A stretch of 64,000 nucleotides of DNA from the human T2T-CHM13v2.0 reference genome, Homo sapiens, in the NCBI RefSeq assembly GCF_009914755.1, contig NC_060928.1; one strand, written 5' to 3'. Shown piece by piece: positions 27,501 through 41,090 of this stretch (within the stretch, counting starts at the first letter, position 1; each line of letters opens with the position of its first letter). Below the pieces are notes generated by a model. The model had not been told where the DNA came from, ran no database searches, and saw nothing but the letters and a program-made list of their open reading frames with translations. Position numbers and translations under genes: made by a program.

Positions 27501-29930
27501 AAAAATTTTTGCTTAATTGATCTTTTGTATGTTTTGCATCTCAATTTTATTATGTACTGCTATGATTTTGATTATTTTTTTTCTCCTCTTAGCTTTGGGG
27601 TTGATTATTTCTTGTTTTTCTAGTTCCTGTAGGTGTGATCATTGTTAATTTGAGGTATTTCAAACTTCTTGATTTAGGTGTTCAGTACTACAAAATTTCC
27701 TCTTAGCACTGCTTTGGCTGCATCCCCCAAATTTTTCTATTTGTATCTGTTTTTATTAATTTCAAATAATTGTTAAATTTATCCTTTAATTTTGTTGTTT
27801 ACCCAAAAGCCATTCAGGAACAAGTTGTTGAGATTTCATGTAATTATGTGGTTTTGAAATAACTTCTTGTATTGATTTCTGTTTATATTTCTCTATGATC
27901 CAATAACAGGCATGGTATGATTTTGATTTTTTTCAATGTATGTGATTTGCTTTATGGTTGAGCATGTGGTTGATCTTAGAGTATGTTGTATTAGGGTTCT
28001 GTAGAGGGACAGCACTAATAGGATACATGTATATTTGAAAGGGAGTTTATTAAGGAGTGTTGACTCACACAATCATAAGGTGAAGTCTCCTAATAGGCCG
28101 TCTGCAAGCTGAGGAGCAAGGAAGTCTGTCTGAGTCTCAAAACTTCAAAAGCAGGAAAGCCAACAGTGCAAACTTCAGTCTGTGGCTGAAGGCCCAAAAA
28201 CCCCTGGCAATCCAATTGGTGTAGGTCCAAGAGTCCAAAAGCTGAAGAACTTTGAGTCCAATGTTTGAGGGCAGAAAGCATCCAGTACAGGAGAAAGATT
28301 GACACCAGAAGACTTAGCCAGGCTAGTCTTTCCACCTTCCTCTGCCTCGTTTTATCCTAGCTGTGCTGGCTTCTGATTAGCTGGTGCCCACCCAGATTGA
28401 AGGTGGGTCTGCCTCTCCCAGTCCACTGACTCAGGTGTTAATCTCCTTTGGCAACACTCTCACAGACACACCCAGGAACAACACTTTGCACCCTTCAATC
28501 CAATCAAGTTGACACTCAATATTAACAATCACATATGTTCTTTCTGTGTGAAGGTGAGAAGAATGTGTATTTTCTGGTTGTTGGGTGGAGCATTCTGTAG
28601 CTGTCTTTTTTTTTTATGTAGATGTCTCTTAAGTACAATTGATCAACTGTTGAATTTAATTGTAAAATTTATTTGTTAGATTTCTGTCCCCTCCAATCAC
28701 TGGTGTCACATCCATGTTTCCTTAACACCAAGGGGGATCCTAATGGGCTGCACCCCTTGCTGTCTTGGAGGTGATCTGAGCTGAAAGTTAGGTTACCAAG
28801 AGATCCACAGCACTCTGAAGGCACACTAGTCCTTTGTCCTTAGCAGAGCCAGACTGGGTTGTGAAGTATGTCTGCAGGTGGTCTGATATTGCAGGAGTTC
28901 AAGGGCAAAGGATATTCAGCCAGGGTGGCATTGCAATTGGTGTGTAGAAGCTGTGGAGCCCATAGTCTAGGGTATTTTGCCCAGCAGATATCTGTGGGGA
29001 TTGCCCAGTTTACTCTTCCTCAACCAGGATTCCTTCCCGTTGCTCTCTTAGTAGCTGGCTCCACCATCTAGTTTGGTGCTAAACCTTCTGTTCCCAGACC
29101 ACTGAGCTATTAGGTGTTCTGGGCCATGGGGCTCCCTAGGAAGAAGGCTGCAACTGAAAGACAGGGCACATTCATCTTGGATGGTCACTGTGCATAGAGG
29201 CACTCAGCTCCCAGGCCTGTCCATGAACCTGTGTCTCAGTCTTTGTAGTGTTCTGAGAGTGGGGGTTCTTCCTTCACTAGAGTGCCAGCCACAGATCTCA
29301 GCTTAGTACTCCTGAGCTGTGGGCTCTAACCCTGAAGAGGTTGGGACCAGGCCTGCTGCTTTGTTTTATTATCTCCTGGTGTTGAGCATCAGCTATGCTG
29401 GGGGGGCCAAAGTGCTTCCAGGTCTTCAGCAAAGCACTCAGTCAGTGCCACCAATACAACACATAGGCTGGGCAGTGGAGGCTGTGCTGTGTGCATACTC
29501 TTGTAAAAGTGGCCAGGCAGCGGCCTTGGGAAGGGCTGGTGGCCCGGGGAGTGCATAGATTAGATGCACTCTGATTGCACAGGAAAGACACCCGTGCTTT
29601 CTCTTGCCCAGTAGGAAGCAGGGGTTAGCACCTCTCAGAGGAAAATGGAGTGCCTTGGGAGATGAGCACTTATGACCCAATTTTGGTGCAACTGGTCCAC
29701 GTGAAAAATCTCTTGGATCTCCCTACATTTGATCTCTGTCTCTGCCTCTCTCCAGGCAGATAGCCCTGCCAATTCAAATGTCTATGGAGATGATGGTATC
29801 TCTTGTAGCTAGAATCCCAGGCATCCACGGTAAGACCAGGTTGTCCACAGTCGCTTCACTCACTCCTGCCTTAGGAGCTTGCAAGTTTGTGCAAGGTTCT
29901 CAGCTTCCTCCCTCTTTGGTCTAAGTGTCC
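24513..29930 (-). mobile_element. L1PA15/16-like element: 3'UTR, ORF2, internal deletion, then 5'UTR
   Basis: 3' end TTTTCCAACTTTTATTTT...; ORF2p peptides (MILYLEN, MFISTLFTIAKTW); GC-richer 5'UTR-like block at 28690-29930 resembles the 5'UTR at 58870-59130. Confidence 0.88.
27987..28533 (-). mobile_element. MLT2A2-type ERVL solo LTR inside L1
   Basis: TG...CA termini; 5-bp TSD TATGT at 27982-27986 and 28534-28538. Confidence 0.93.
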
Positions 29931-29933
29931 AGA

Positions 29934-30199
29934 ACTCAAAGTTCTTCAGCTTTTGGACTCTTGGACCTACACCAGTGGGTTGCCAGGGGCTTTTGAGCCT
30001 TCAGCCACAGACTGAAGTTTGCACTGTTGGTTTTCCTGCTTTTGAGGTTTTGAGACTCAGACAGACTTCCTTGCTCCTCAGCTTGCAGACGGCCTATTAG
30101 GAGACTTCACCTTATGATTGTGTGAGTCAATACTCCTTAATAAACTCCCCTTCATATATACATGTCTTCTATTAGTCCTGTCCCTCTAGAGAACCCTAA
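29934..30199 (+). mobile_element. MLT2A2 3' half; inverted near-identical copy of 27991-28257
   Basis: About 14 differences in ~267 bp; the two copies give identical translated tails in the ORF track. Confidence 0.93.
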
Positions 30200-30390
30200 A
30201 TTATTATTTAACAGTTTTAATAATTTAATATATGTAAAATTATATTTCAATATATAGTTATTGATTATTATATTATGATTAATTTAATATTAATTATTAT
30301 ATTTAATATAATATATAATACATTATTATATTTAATATAATATTATGTTATTATAATTTAATATATATAAAACTCCTCTATATGTATATA
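30200..30390. repeat. AT-rich low-complexity tract
   Basis: Almost entirely A/T. Confidence 0.9.
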
Positions 30391-30772
30391 AGGGAGTTTA
30401 TTATTAACTCACATGATCACAAGGTCCCATAACAGGCCGTCTACAGGCTAAAGACCAAAGAGAACCAGTCCAAGTTCCAAAGCTGAAGAACTTGGAATCC
30501 AATGAGGGCAGGAAGCATCCACCAACACGAGAGAAAGATGTAGGCTGGGAGGCTAGGCCAGTCTCTCTTTTTACATTTCTCTGTCTGCTTATATTCTAGC
30601 CACACTAGCAGCTGATTAGATTGCAACCGCTCAGATTAAGGGTGGGTCTGCCTTTCCCAGGCAACTGACTCAAATGTTAATCTCCTTTGGTAACACCCTC
30701 ACAGACAAACCCAGGATCAAAACTTTGTACCCTTCAATCAAGTCAAGTTGACACTCAGTCTTAACCATCACA
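30385..30772 (-). mobile_element. MLT2A1-type LTR lacking its 3' terminus
   Basis: GGGAGTTTATT..AACTCACATGATCACAAGGTCCCA...GTTGACACTCAGTCTTAACCATCACA. Confidence 0.88.
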
Positions 30773-33363
30773 AATATTATGATTCAATAGCAAGCACAGC
30801 ACCATGCAGATTTCTGCATGTGGATATGCGAGATACCCTCCTTGCTCCCACAGCCTACTTTAATAAGAACTCTTCTAATTAATTAAATTAAGACATAATA
30901 TATCTCTTTATTTCCAGTGGACAAATAAATTATTAGAACTAATTCCCTAGGGACATATACATTAAATACAAAATACGATGCTGAAATCTAGCTTTCACAT
31001 ACACTCTTGATTTACATTCTGAAACATTCAATTCATGTGTAGTGCTGATAATAAGACAGCTGTGATTTGATTAGCTTGAAAATTCCCAAATAAATAATTT
31101 GACCCTCTTAGTATCATGTAAAATAAATTAGTTTTTCCAATTGTTAAGAAATATCTTAATATTCTGAAATACTAATTTTTTCTGTAGATTAATTTATAGA
31201 ATCATTACATAAAACAGGGAGGACATTAAAGATGGCTGATTAGAGGCGTTTTCTCTACTTATTTTCTCTACTAAGAAGAACAAAAATAGTGAGTAGATGA
31301 TCACACTTTGAATAGACCATCCAAGAGAAAAAACTGGAATTCCACAGAGAAGTGACAAGAAACCCCTAAAGCAAAGAAGAAGCAAGCAAGGCAGCCTGCT
31401 ATTCTGGGATTGGCTGGAAGCTAGGAGAGACTCCTTAATGTGTGGAAATGGTAAGTAGGAGACAGAGCAGTCCACTGCTCCCACCAAGAACTTATGCAAT
31501 CCCAGCTGCAGAAGAGCCCCTTAAACTTCATGGGCTCCAAGAATAACAGGGAGGTTCCTGGAGACTGTGCGAATGCATTGTTTGTTAGAGAGTGAGTGCT
31601 CATGTTGGGTTCCACCAACCACTAAGTCCTAAGCAGTGGCAGCACAGCACAATTTTAGGAGTACAGCCCACAGTGGACTGTATCCTGTTCCACAACTAAG
31701 GCAAAGTTAGCTATAGCCAGCAGTCCCACCAACTCCTGCAGAGGGGTGAGCGTCCATATTCATGCACTCCAAGTTCCACTGCCCACAACCACCTTGGCTG
31801 TGTACAACCACCAGGCTGAGACATAAGCAATGACTGCACTGTCTAGCAGCCTGCATACAAGTGCTCCCAAGGACAAAAATCTTGCCCACCCCAGTATCAG
31901 GGCCACAGCAGAGCTGTTGCTTCCTCCTCCTGAGAATTCTGCTGGTGGCCTGGGGCTCATCCCACACCTACGTACCACAGCCAGCCACTATACAAACCAC
32001 CTATGCATCAAAGGGGACAGCCTGAACTGGCTCCACCCACCCATTACAGGACAACACTATCCAGAAGCCTAGGGATTGTTCAACCCAGTCCACCACCAGC
32101 GATACTTCAACACCGCTCCCAGGTTCTCAGTTCAAGTGGGCCCATTCAACCTTCCCCTAACATCCAACAGCACGTGCCACCTGCATGTCTTAGAACTAGT
32201 CCATTAAACCGATCACAGCCACTGTAAACAACAGTGCAGTCCATTTGGTTTCTAGAAGGTTGTCCCACCACAGCTACACTTATTGCCTATGCCATACACG
32301 CTGGCCAGCAACTTGAGAACCTGCACATCCACCTGGCCCCTGCTCACCAAAGAAAGCCACCTGGATGCACAAGATTGGCCTACCCAGATGCTCTAACACC
32401 AGTGCCAGTGTACACTGCCCTGGAGCCCAAGGTAGCCCATTGTTATCACCACTGGTGCCCAAAAGCTGGCCAATCTGGTGACGCAGTCCGCATCAAAGCT
32501 TCACCACAGCACCCACTAACACTGCATCCTAAGTCACTGAGGAAATCTCAGAACCACTAACACTGCTTACAGCAAAACAAATAAAACAGAGACTACATTA
32601 CTACAGGCACCCGGAATCAAAGCCAAAGTTCCCTACCCAACTAACAGCATGGAGACAACTTCAGGAAAAATTACTCCCCTAGGAAAGCAAATTCAGGAAA
32701 TTGAAATAAGGATCTGTAACATTACATCTGCAGATATCAATGTAAAGACATGAGGAATATTTAAAAAGCATTGAAATAGCACAATAATTCTCCAGCAAAC
32801 AGAACCCAATAAAAAATTCACAAAATTCCAATTAAAGATTCAGAATGTTGATAAACCAGTGAGATACAAGATAATTCTAAAAAAATACAGAAATTTAGAA
32901 AAATAATTTAGGATATGAGCAGAAAATTACCAAAGATATTGAAATTCTAAGAAAGAAACAAAATTTTAGAACTAAAGAATTCACTGAATGAAATACAAAA
33001 TACATTTGAAAGTTTCAACAGTAAACTAGATCAACAAGAAGAAAGACTCATACTTAAAGAAAGAGCTTTTAAAATAACCCAGTCAGAAAAAGAAAAAGAA
33101 ATAAATTAGGAAAGTTTTCATAACATATGGGACAACATAAAACAATTTGTGAGTTGTTATTGCTCCGGAAGACAAGAAGAGAACAAGTGTTTTAGAAAAC
33201 TTATTTGATGAAAGAACAGATAAAAACTTTCCAAATATAGCAAGATATGTGTACGTCCTATACAGGAGGTGCAGAAATATCCAAACAGATACATTGTACA
33301 AAGGTTTTTTCCGTGGAATATTATAGTTAAAGTATCTAAATGCAAGGACAAAGAGAGAATTCT

Positions 33364-33794
33364 TTTTTTTATTTTTTATTTACTTATTTATTATTATTAT
33401 TATACTTTAAGTTTTAGGGTACATGTGCACAATGTGCAGGTTAGTTACATATGTATACATGTGCCATGCTGGTGTGCTGCACCCATTAACTCGTCATTTA
33501 GCATTAGGTATATCTCCTAATGCTATCCCTCCCCCCTCCCCTCACCCCACAACAGTCCCCAGAGTGCGATGTTCCCCTTCCTGTGTCCACGTGTTCTCAT
33601 TGTTCAATTCCCATCTATGAGTGAGAACACGCGGTGTTTGGTTTTTGTCCTTGCGATAGTTTACTGAGAATGATGATTCCCAATTTCATCCATGTCCCTA
33701 CAAAGGACATGAACTCATCCTTTTTTATGGCTGCATAGTATTTCATGGTGTATATGTGCCACATTTTCTTAATCCAGTCTATCATTGTTGGACA
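33364..33794 (-). mobile_element. 5'-truncated L1PA3-like insertion
   Basis: GCTAAATGACGAGTTAATGGG 3'UTR variant; TSD GGACAAAGAGAGAATTCT at 33346-33363 and 33790-33807. Confidence 0.93.
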
Positions 33795-36504
33795 AAGAGA
33801 GAATTCTAAAAAGAGCAAGAGAAAACTGTCTAGCCACCTATAAATAAACCCCCAAAAGAATCACAGTGTATTTGTCAGAAAATACCTTATAGGCCAGGAG
33901 AAAATTGAATGATATATTCACAGGCTGAAAGAAAAAAAAAAGCCTTTAGTCAAGAATACTATGCCTAACCAAAATTATCCTTCATAAATGAAGGAGAAAT
34001 AGTCTTTCCCAGACAACCAAAAGCTGAGGGATTCATGACCACTAAACTAGATCTACCAGATCTGTTAAAGGGAGTCCTACACTTGGAAGCCAAAGGACAA
34101 CATTTCTTATCATGAAAACACGCAAAAGTATACAACTCATTGGTAATGCAATCACACAAAGGAGAAAGGGAAACAAATGATACCATGACAAAAGAAAGAA
34201 AAAAACACCAAAACCACCATGACAAACAAGAGAAAAAGAAAGGAGCAAATAATATACAAAAAAGCCAGAAAACAATTAACAATATAACAGGAACAAAACT
34301 TCACATATCAATATTAACCTTGAACATAATGGATTAAATTCTTTACTTAAAAGACATAGACTGGCTGGATGGAATTTTATAAAAATGATCCAATTACATG
34401 CTGCCTGTAAGAAACACACTTTACCTGTAAAACACATGTAGACTGAAAGTAAATGGATAGAACAAGATATTTCATGCAAATGGAGAGCAAAACCAAGCAG
34501 AGTAGCCACACTTAGATTAAAAAAAAAAAAAGATACTTTAAGTCAGAAACAGTAAAACAAAGACAAGGAAGATCATTATGTAATGATAAAGGGCCCAATA
34601 CAACCAGAGGATAGTACAATTATATATACACACATGTATTATATATAAGTATATGTTATATATATATATGTCATATATATAAGTATATGTTATATATACT
34701 TATATATAATATATGTGTGTATATATAATTAGAGCACCCAGATTCATAAAGCAAACATTACTAGATATAAAAAGAGAGAGAGACTCCAATATAATAGTGG
34801 GGGACTTCAACATACCACTCAGTATTAGATCATCTAGACAGAAAATCAACAACAAAATGTTAGATGTAAGATGGGCCTTAGACTTTAACAGAAATTTATA
34901 GAATACTTTATCTATCAATGACAGAATACATATTTTTTTCTCAGGAAATGAAATTTTCTCCAAAATAGACCACATGTTAGGCCATAAAACAAGTCTCCAC
35001 AAATTTTAAAAATTCAAAGCACATCAACTATCATTTCATGTTACAATGGAATAAAACTAGGAATCATACCAAGAGAAACTTTGGAAACTATATAAATATA
35101 TGTAAAATAAACAACATACTACAGAACAACCACTAGGCCAATGAAGAAATTAAGATGGAAATCAAAACATTTCTTGAAACAAATTAAAATAAAAATACAA
35201 CATAATAAAACCTGTCAGATACTGCAAAAGCAGTGCTAACAGGGAAGTTTATAACAACAAATATCTATATCAAAAAGTAGAAAGGTTTCAAATAATCTAG
35301 TGATGCACTTCAAGGAATTAGAAAAGTAAGAACAAACCAAACTCAAAGTTAGCAGAAGAAAATAAATAATAAATTGTATAGTAGAACTAAATTATATTAT
35401 GACTAGAAAAACAATAGAAAGGATCAATGAAACAAAAGGATGGTTCTTTAAAAAGATTAAACTGATAAACCATTAGCTAGACTAACAAGAAAAGAAGAGA
35501 GAAGACCAAAAAAGAAACTCGGAAATAAAAAGGGAGACCTTACAATTCATACCGCAGAAATTAAAAGGATCAAGATCAACAGAGACTACAGTGAACAACA
35601 CTCCATGCTAACAAACTAGAAAACCTAAAGGAAATGGATTAATTTCTGTCAACATACAACTTACCAATACTGAATCAGGAAGAAATAGAAAACCTGAACA
35701 GATCAATAATGGACAGCAAGATTGCATCAGTTAAAAAAAAAAGTCTCCCAACAATATAAAAGCCCAGGACAGGATGGATTCACAGCTAAATTCTATCAAA
35801 TATACAGAGAAGAAATGATACAAATCATCCTGAAACTGTTTCAAAAAATTAAAGTGAAGGAAATTCTCCCTAATTTTTTCTGTGAGCCAGGATTACTCTG
35901 ATACCTAAATTAGACAAGGACATAACAAAAGAAAGAAAAGAGTGACAGGCACCAATATTGCTAATAAACATATATCCAAAAATCCTCAAGGGAGTACTAT
36001 CAAACTAAATACAACATCATGTCACAAAGATAATACATCATGATTAAGTGGGATTTATCCCAGGGATAAAAGGAAGATTTGTCATATGAAATCAATAAAC
36101 ATGATACATCACATCAACCAAATGAAGTACAAAAGCCAAATGATCATCTAAATACATGAAGAAAAAGCATTTGATAAAATTCAACATCACTTCATGTTAA
36201 AAACTGTCAACAAACTAAACATAGAAGCAATACACCTCAAAGTAATAAAGATTGTACGTGACAAACTGACAGGTAATATACTAAATGGGAAAAATTTGGA
36301 AGCCTTTCCTTTAAGAATGGAAATAAGATAAGAAAGCTCATTTTTACCAGTGTTATTCAACATAATACTGGAAGTCCTAGCAAGAGCAGTCAGACAAGAG
36401 AAATAGATATTGGAAAAGACAAAGTCGAATTTTTCTTCTTTACAGATGACATGATCTTATATTTGGACAAACAAAAATATTTTTTTCAAAAATTGTTTAG
36501 AACT

Positions 36505-36928
36505 GACAAACTCAGTAAAGTTTCAGGATACAAAACCAACAAATGAAAATCAGTAGTGTTTCTATAAACCTGCAATGAAATAGCCAAATATAGAATTTAA
36601 AAACCTATTTACAATAGATATATATAATAAACATAAATTAAACCAATGAAATTAAATATCTCTACAAAGAAAGCTACAAAATACTGATGAAAGAAATCAA
36701 GATGGCATAAACAAATGGATAGACATCACATGCTCATTTATCAAACAAATTCAGTAAAGTTTTGGGATACAAAATCAACATATGAAAATTAGTAGTGTTT
36801 CTATATACCTATAATGAAATGGCTAAAAAAAATCAAAAAGAAAAACCTATTTACAATAGACACATATAATAAAAATAAATTTAACCAAGTAAATTAAATG
36901 TCTCTATAGAGAAAATTACAAAGCACTG
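36505..36928 (+). repeat. ~180-bp internal duplication in L1MA ORF2
   Basis: CAAA.TCAGTAAAGTTT..GGATACAAAA...ACAAA..ACTG occurs at ~36505-36686 and ~36745-36928. Confidence 0.88.
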
Positions 36929-38114
36929 TGGATCAGAAAAATTAAAATCATTAAAATTACCATATTGTCCAAAGAAATCTACAGATAGAGTACAATCCCT
37001 ATCAAAATATCAATGCCATTTTTCAAATAAATAGAACAAATAATTCTAAAATTTGTATGAAACCAACAAACAAAAAAGCCTGAATAGCCAATGCAATCCT
37101 GAGAAAATAGAACAAAGCTAGAAGCATTACAATACCTGACTTCAAAATATACTACAAAGCTGTAGTATCCAAATATGTATCATGGTACTAGCATAAAAAT
37201 AGACACATAGACCAATGTAAGAAAATAGAGAACCCAGAAATTAATCCACATATCTACTGCCAACTGATCTTTGAGAAAATTGCAAAGAACATACACTGAG
37301 GAAAGGATATTCTCTTCAATAAATCATTCTGGGAAAACTGGCTAACCATATGCAGAAGAATGAAATTGGACCCCCATCTGTTACCATATACAAAAATCAA
37401 CTCAAGGTAGATTAAAGACCTAAATGTAAGACCCAAAACTATAAAACTATAGAAGAAATTATAGGGAATATTTTTCAGGACATATGTCTAGGCAAAGATT
37501 TTATGGTTAAGAACTCAAAAGCAAAGGCAACAAAAACGAAAATTGAAAAGTGGGACTATATTAAACTACAAAGCTCCGCACAGCAAAAGAAAGAGTCAAC
37601 AGAGTGAAGAGACAATCTCTTGAGCGGGAGAAATATTTGCAAACCCCTCCCATCCAACAGGGGACTAATATCCAGTACGAAGTCTTACAAGGAACTAAAA
37701 AAGAAAAAAATAAAATCTTACTGAAAAATAGGCAAAAGACATGGGTGGCCATTTCTGAAAAGAAGACATATATGTGGGCAATGGGTATGTGAAGAAATGC
37801 TCAGCATCACTAATCATCAAGCAAAGGCAAATCAAAACCACAATATCATCTTACCCCATTTAGAATGGCTACAATTAAAAAGACAAAAAATAACAGACGT
37901 ATGTGAGGATATGGAGAAGACAAAACTCAAACACTGTTGGCGGCCACGTAAATTATTAGCACAGTCACCACGGAAAACAGCAAGATTTCTCAAAAAACTA
38001 AAAATTGAACTACCATATGATCCAACAATCCCACTACTGGATAATTATCCAAAGGAAAACAAATCATTATATCAAAGAGATATATGTATTCCCATGTTCA
38101 TTGCAGCATTATTT

Positions 38115-38414
38115 TTATTTATTTTTTATTTTTTTGAGACAGGGCCTCACACTGTTGCCCAGGCTGGAATGCAGTGGTGCGATTTCAGCACACTGCAACT
38201 TCCACTTTCCTGGGCTCGAGGGGATTCTCAGCCTCCTGAATAGCTGAGACTACAGGTACGAGCCACCAATGCCTGGCTAATTTTTGTATTTTTGTAGAGA
38301 CAGGGTTTCACCATTTCGCCTAGGCTGGTCTCAAACTCCTGAGCTCAAAGCTGTCTGTTCGCCTAGGCCCCCGAGAATGCTGGGATTATAGGCATGAGCC
38401 ACTGGGCCTGGACT
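38115..38414 (-). mobile_element. AluJ (Jb-like)
   Basis: 15-bp TSD ATTGCAGCATTATTT at 38100-38114 and 38415-38429; GAGACAGGG and CTGGGCTC AluJ features. Confidence 0.92.
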
Positions 38415-39379
38415 ATTGCAGCATTATTTACAATAGCAAAGATATGAAGTCAATCTAAATGTTCATCAACAGATGAACTGATACAGAAAATTTGGTATAT
38501 ACATACAATGGAATTTTTTTACTATAAAAAAGAATAAAATTATGTCATTTGCAGCAACATGGATGGAATTGGAGGTTTTTATGTCAAGTGAAATAAGCCA
38601 GACACAGAAAGATAAGTATTACATGCTCTCACTCAAATGTCAGAGCTAAAAAAGTTAATCCCATGGTTGTAGAGAGTGGAAGTATAGACACCAGAGACTG
38701 GGAGGAGTATATGGGGCAGGGGAATAAATAGACGTTGGGTAATTGGTATATACATACAGCTAGATAGAAGGAATAAGTTCCAGTGTGTACTTATTACTCT
38801 ACTCTAAATACCCTGACTTGATCACTACACATTCTATGCATGTAACAAAATTTCACATGTACCTCATTAATATGTACAAATATAATGTATAACAAGATTA
38901 CATGAAAGATAAAAGGTATATTTGTGTTCTGTTAAAATGCATTGTAAACTTAAAAATTTTACTGGGTATAAAAGTATAGAACATATATACTTACATATAC
39001 AGATACACACAAACATACTGTTTGTAGCAGAGATGCTCATTTAGATATTTCACAAGCTAGGGTGTACATAGCAATTTACAAAAATTTAATCCATTGAGTT
39101 TTAAGTGTCTTCACTTCTGGGAGTTAGGCATGTTTCTTGTTATATCCTCTGGCTATACTGATGTACATTAGAGATCTAATTAAAAGCTTTCATGCTAAGA
39201 CTTAATTGACATATTCCTGAAACTCAAGTTAATCTTTCCATTTTTTAAGATATTTTCTTCCCTTTAATAATATGTTATTTGCCAACTTAAGGGTTGGGTT
39301 TTATGTTTGTAAATTTTTCCGCGGAGTATCTTCCACATCTGTTCACATCTTCTCCGGAATAGTCTAATTTTTATTCCTA

Positions 39380-39770
39380 CATCGGTAAGCTAGCACTGCC
39401 ATTACAAACTATCACAGACTGAGGGGCTTGAACAATGGAAATTTATCTTCTCATGTGTCTGCAGGGTGGAAGTCCATGATCAAGGTGCCAGTAAGATTGG
39501 TTTCTGGTGTAGCCTCTCTTTTGGCTTGTAGACAGCTGACTTCCTCCTCCGTCCTCACCTAGCCTTTCCTCTGTGCATACATAAAGAGAAAGTAATCTCT
39601 AGTGTCTGTTCGTTACCATATAAGGGCACCAGTTCTATTGTATTAGGGACATGCTCTTATGACTTTATAGAATTTAAATTACCCCGTAAAAGGCCCTATC
39701 TAAATACAGTCACACTGAGAATTAGGGCTTCAACATATGAACCAGGAGAGACACAATTCAGTCCATACCA
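39380..39770 (-). mobile_element. MLT1A-type MaLR LTR
   Basis: GGAAGTCCATGATCAAGGTGCCAG...TTAGGGCTTCAACATATGAA...ACACAATTCAGTCCATA. Confidence 0.85.
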
Positions 39771-40934
39771 ATCGCCAGTGGCATTTTTTTCCATTTTCAT
39801 TATTCTTTGACTTAGTGTTTCATGGACTTTCAATCTAATATTTTTGGATTTAAAATATCAAACTATGTAAGACTTTTGATGTAGTATTCTCTTTAGTTCA
39901 GTAAGTATCTGGAGAGTATCTGCTACCAAGGGTAAGAGATAAACCTTATGACTTTGCTTTATGCTTTTATGCTTTATAATTTCAATAAATGTTATCAAAC
40001 CAGTGATATCAACCTGTTCATAAAGCTTTTATATAATATAATAAAATGATGTTTCTTCCTCATCAAATTACATCCTGAAATTCTAAAGACCATGATGCTA
40101 TGTGTTTTTTCCAAAGAGAAATACCTCAAACAAACATATAGTGTACATAAAATATACTGACACAATGGAGAGAAGATAATTTTTCCACATATTTGTGTTT
40201 GACAGTTTTCAGCATTCAATAACTAAGCAAACTAAATTTCATAGTTTAACTTGTCATGCATAACTCTTCAAATCCTTTGGGGAAAATGTGATATATACCC
40301 ACACTCATTTGTGAAGTATATGTGCATATGTACATACACACACAAAACACATGTGACAACTAATTTTATAACATTGGGGAAAGTACTACATTTGCTACAA
40401 CTAAATTTCCTCATTTGCAAAAAGTGGTTTATATCACATTTACATTTATTATTATAAGTGATTAATTTAGTGTTACTCTGATCATCTTGCCTTTTTTAAT
40501 ACTTGCAGATTTCTCCATGGGTTCTGACTTCCTAGCTTTTATTTTCTCCAGTGCTTTTAAAAGTATAGAACCTATGTCTAATTCAATTAATAGTTAATTC
40601 ACAGTATTTCCAAAGCATCATTAAAGCTTATTTACCTAGTTTTCAGAGTTGGGAAAGAATTAGCATCATTTGCATACAAGCCATTTAATATGAGGAATTT
40701 AGTAAGGGTTGCGTTCCTCAAAGCACTTTCACCAATCTTCCCACACACATGTTGATAATATTCTAAAAATTCCATTCAATAATTTGTCTTTGTTTTGTTG
40801 TTTAATCTAGATTTTGATTAATTTTATTCATTGTTTTATTGTAAAAAAAAATGAACAGCAAAACTATTTGGCATTCAATACATAAAGAACTGTGTGTGTG
40901 TGTGCGCGTGTGTACACTTTTATCTCTTCAAGGA

Positions 40935-41090
40935 ATCTAGGAATTATGTCTTATTATTATCCTCATGTTATGAAGGTGGAACCTTTAGTTCAGAAGTTTT
41001 AAGCAAGGTTTTCAAATACTATCTAGCTAAAAACAGTAAAACTGGCAAATTATATCAGTCTGATTCCAGAGCCATCGTGCACAGCTCTTG
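40935..41090 (-). mobile_element. MIR SINE
   Basis: TATTATCCTCATGTTATGAAGGTGGAACCT...CAGTCTGATTCCAGAGCC. Confidence 0.6.

Larger units (their letters stand above)
31217..38890 (+). mobile_element. Near full-length, decayed L1MA (L1MA3/4-like)
   Basis: 5' AAGATGGCTGA..; ORF1- and ORF2-like sequence ([27 protein letters not shown]); 3'UTR CCCTGACTTGATCACTACACATTCTATGCATGTAACAAAA. Confidence 0.9.

Noticed and set aside
31194-32560. Cluster of GC-richer ORFs suggesting exons
   Set aside because: L1MA 5'UTR sequence; the same applies to 28868-29680 and 58932-60858.
31217-38890. Potentially active full-length L1
   Set aside because: Many stops, frameshifts and nested insertions; no L1 in the window has intact ORFs.
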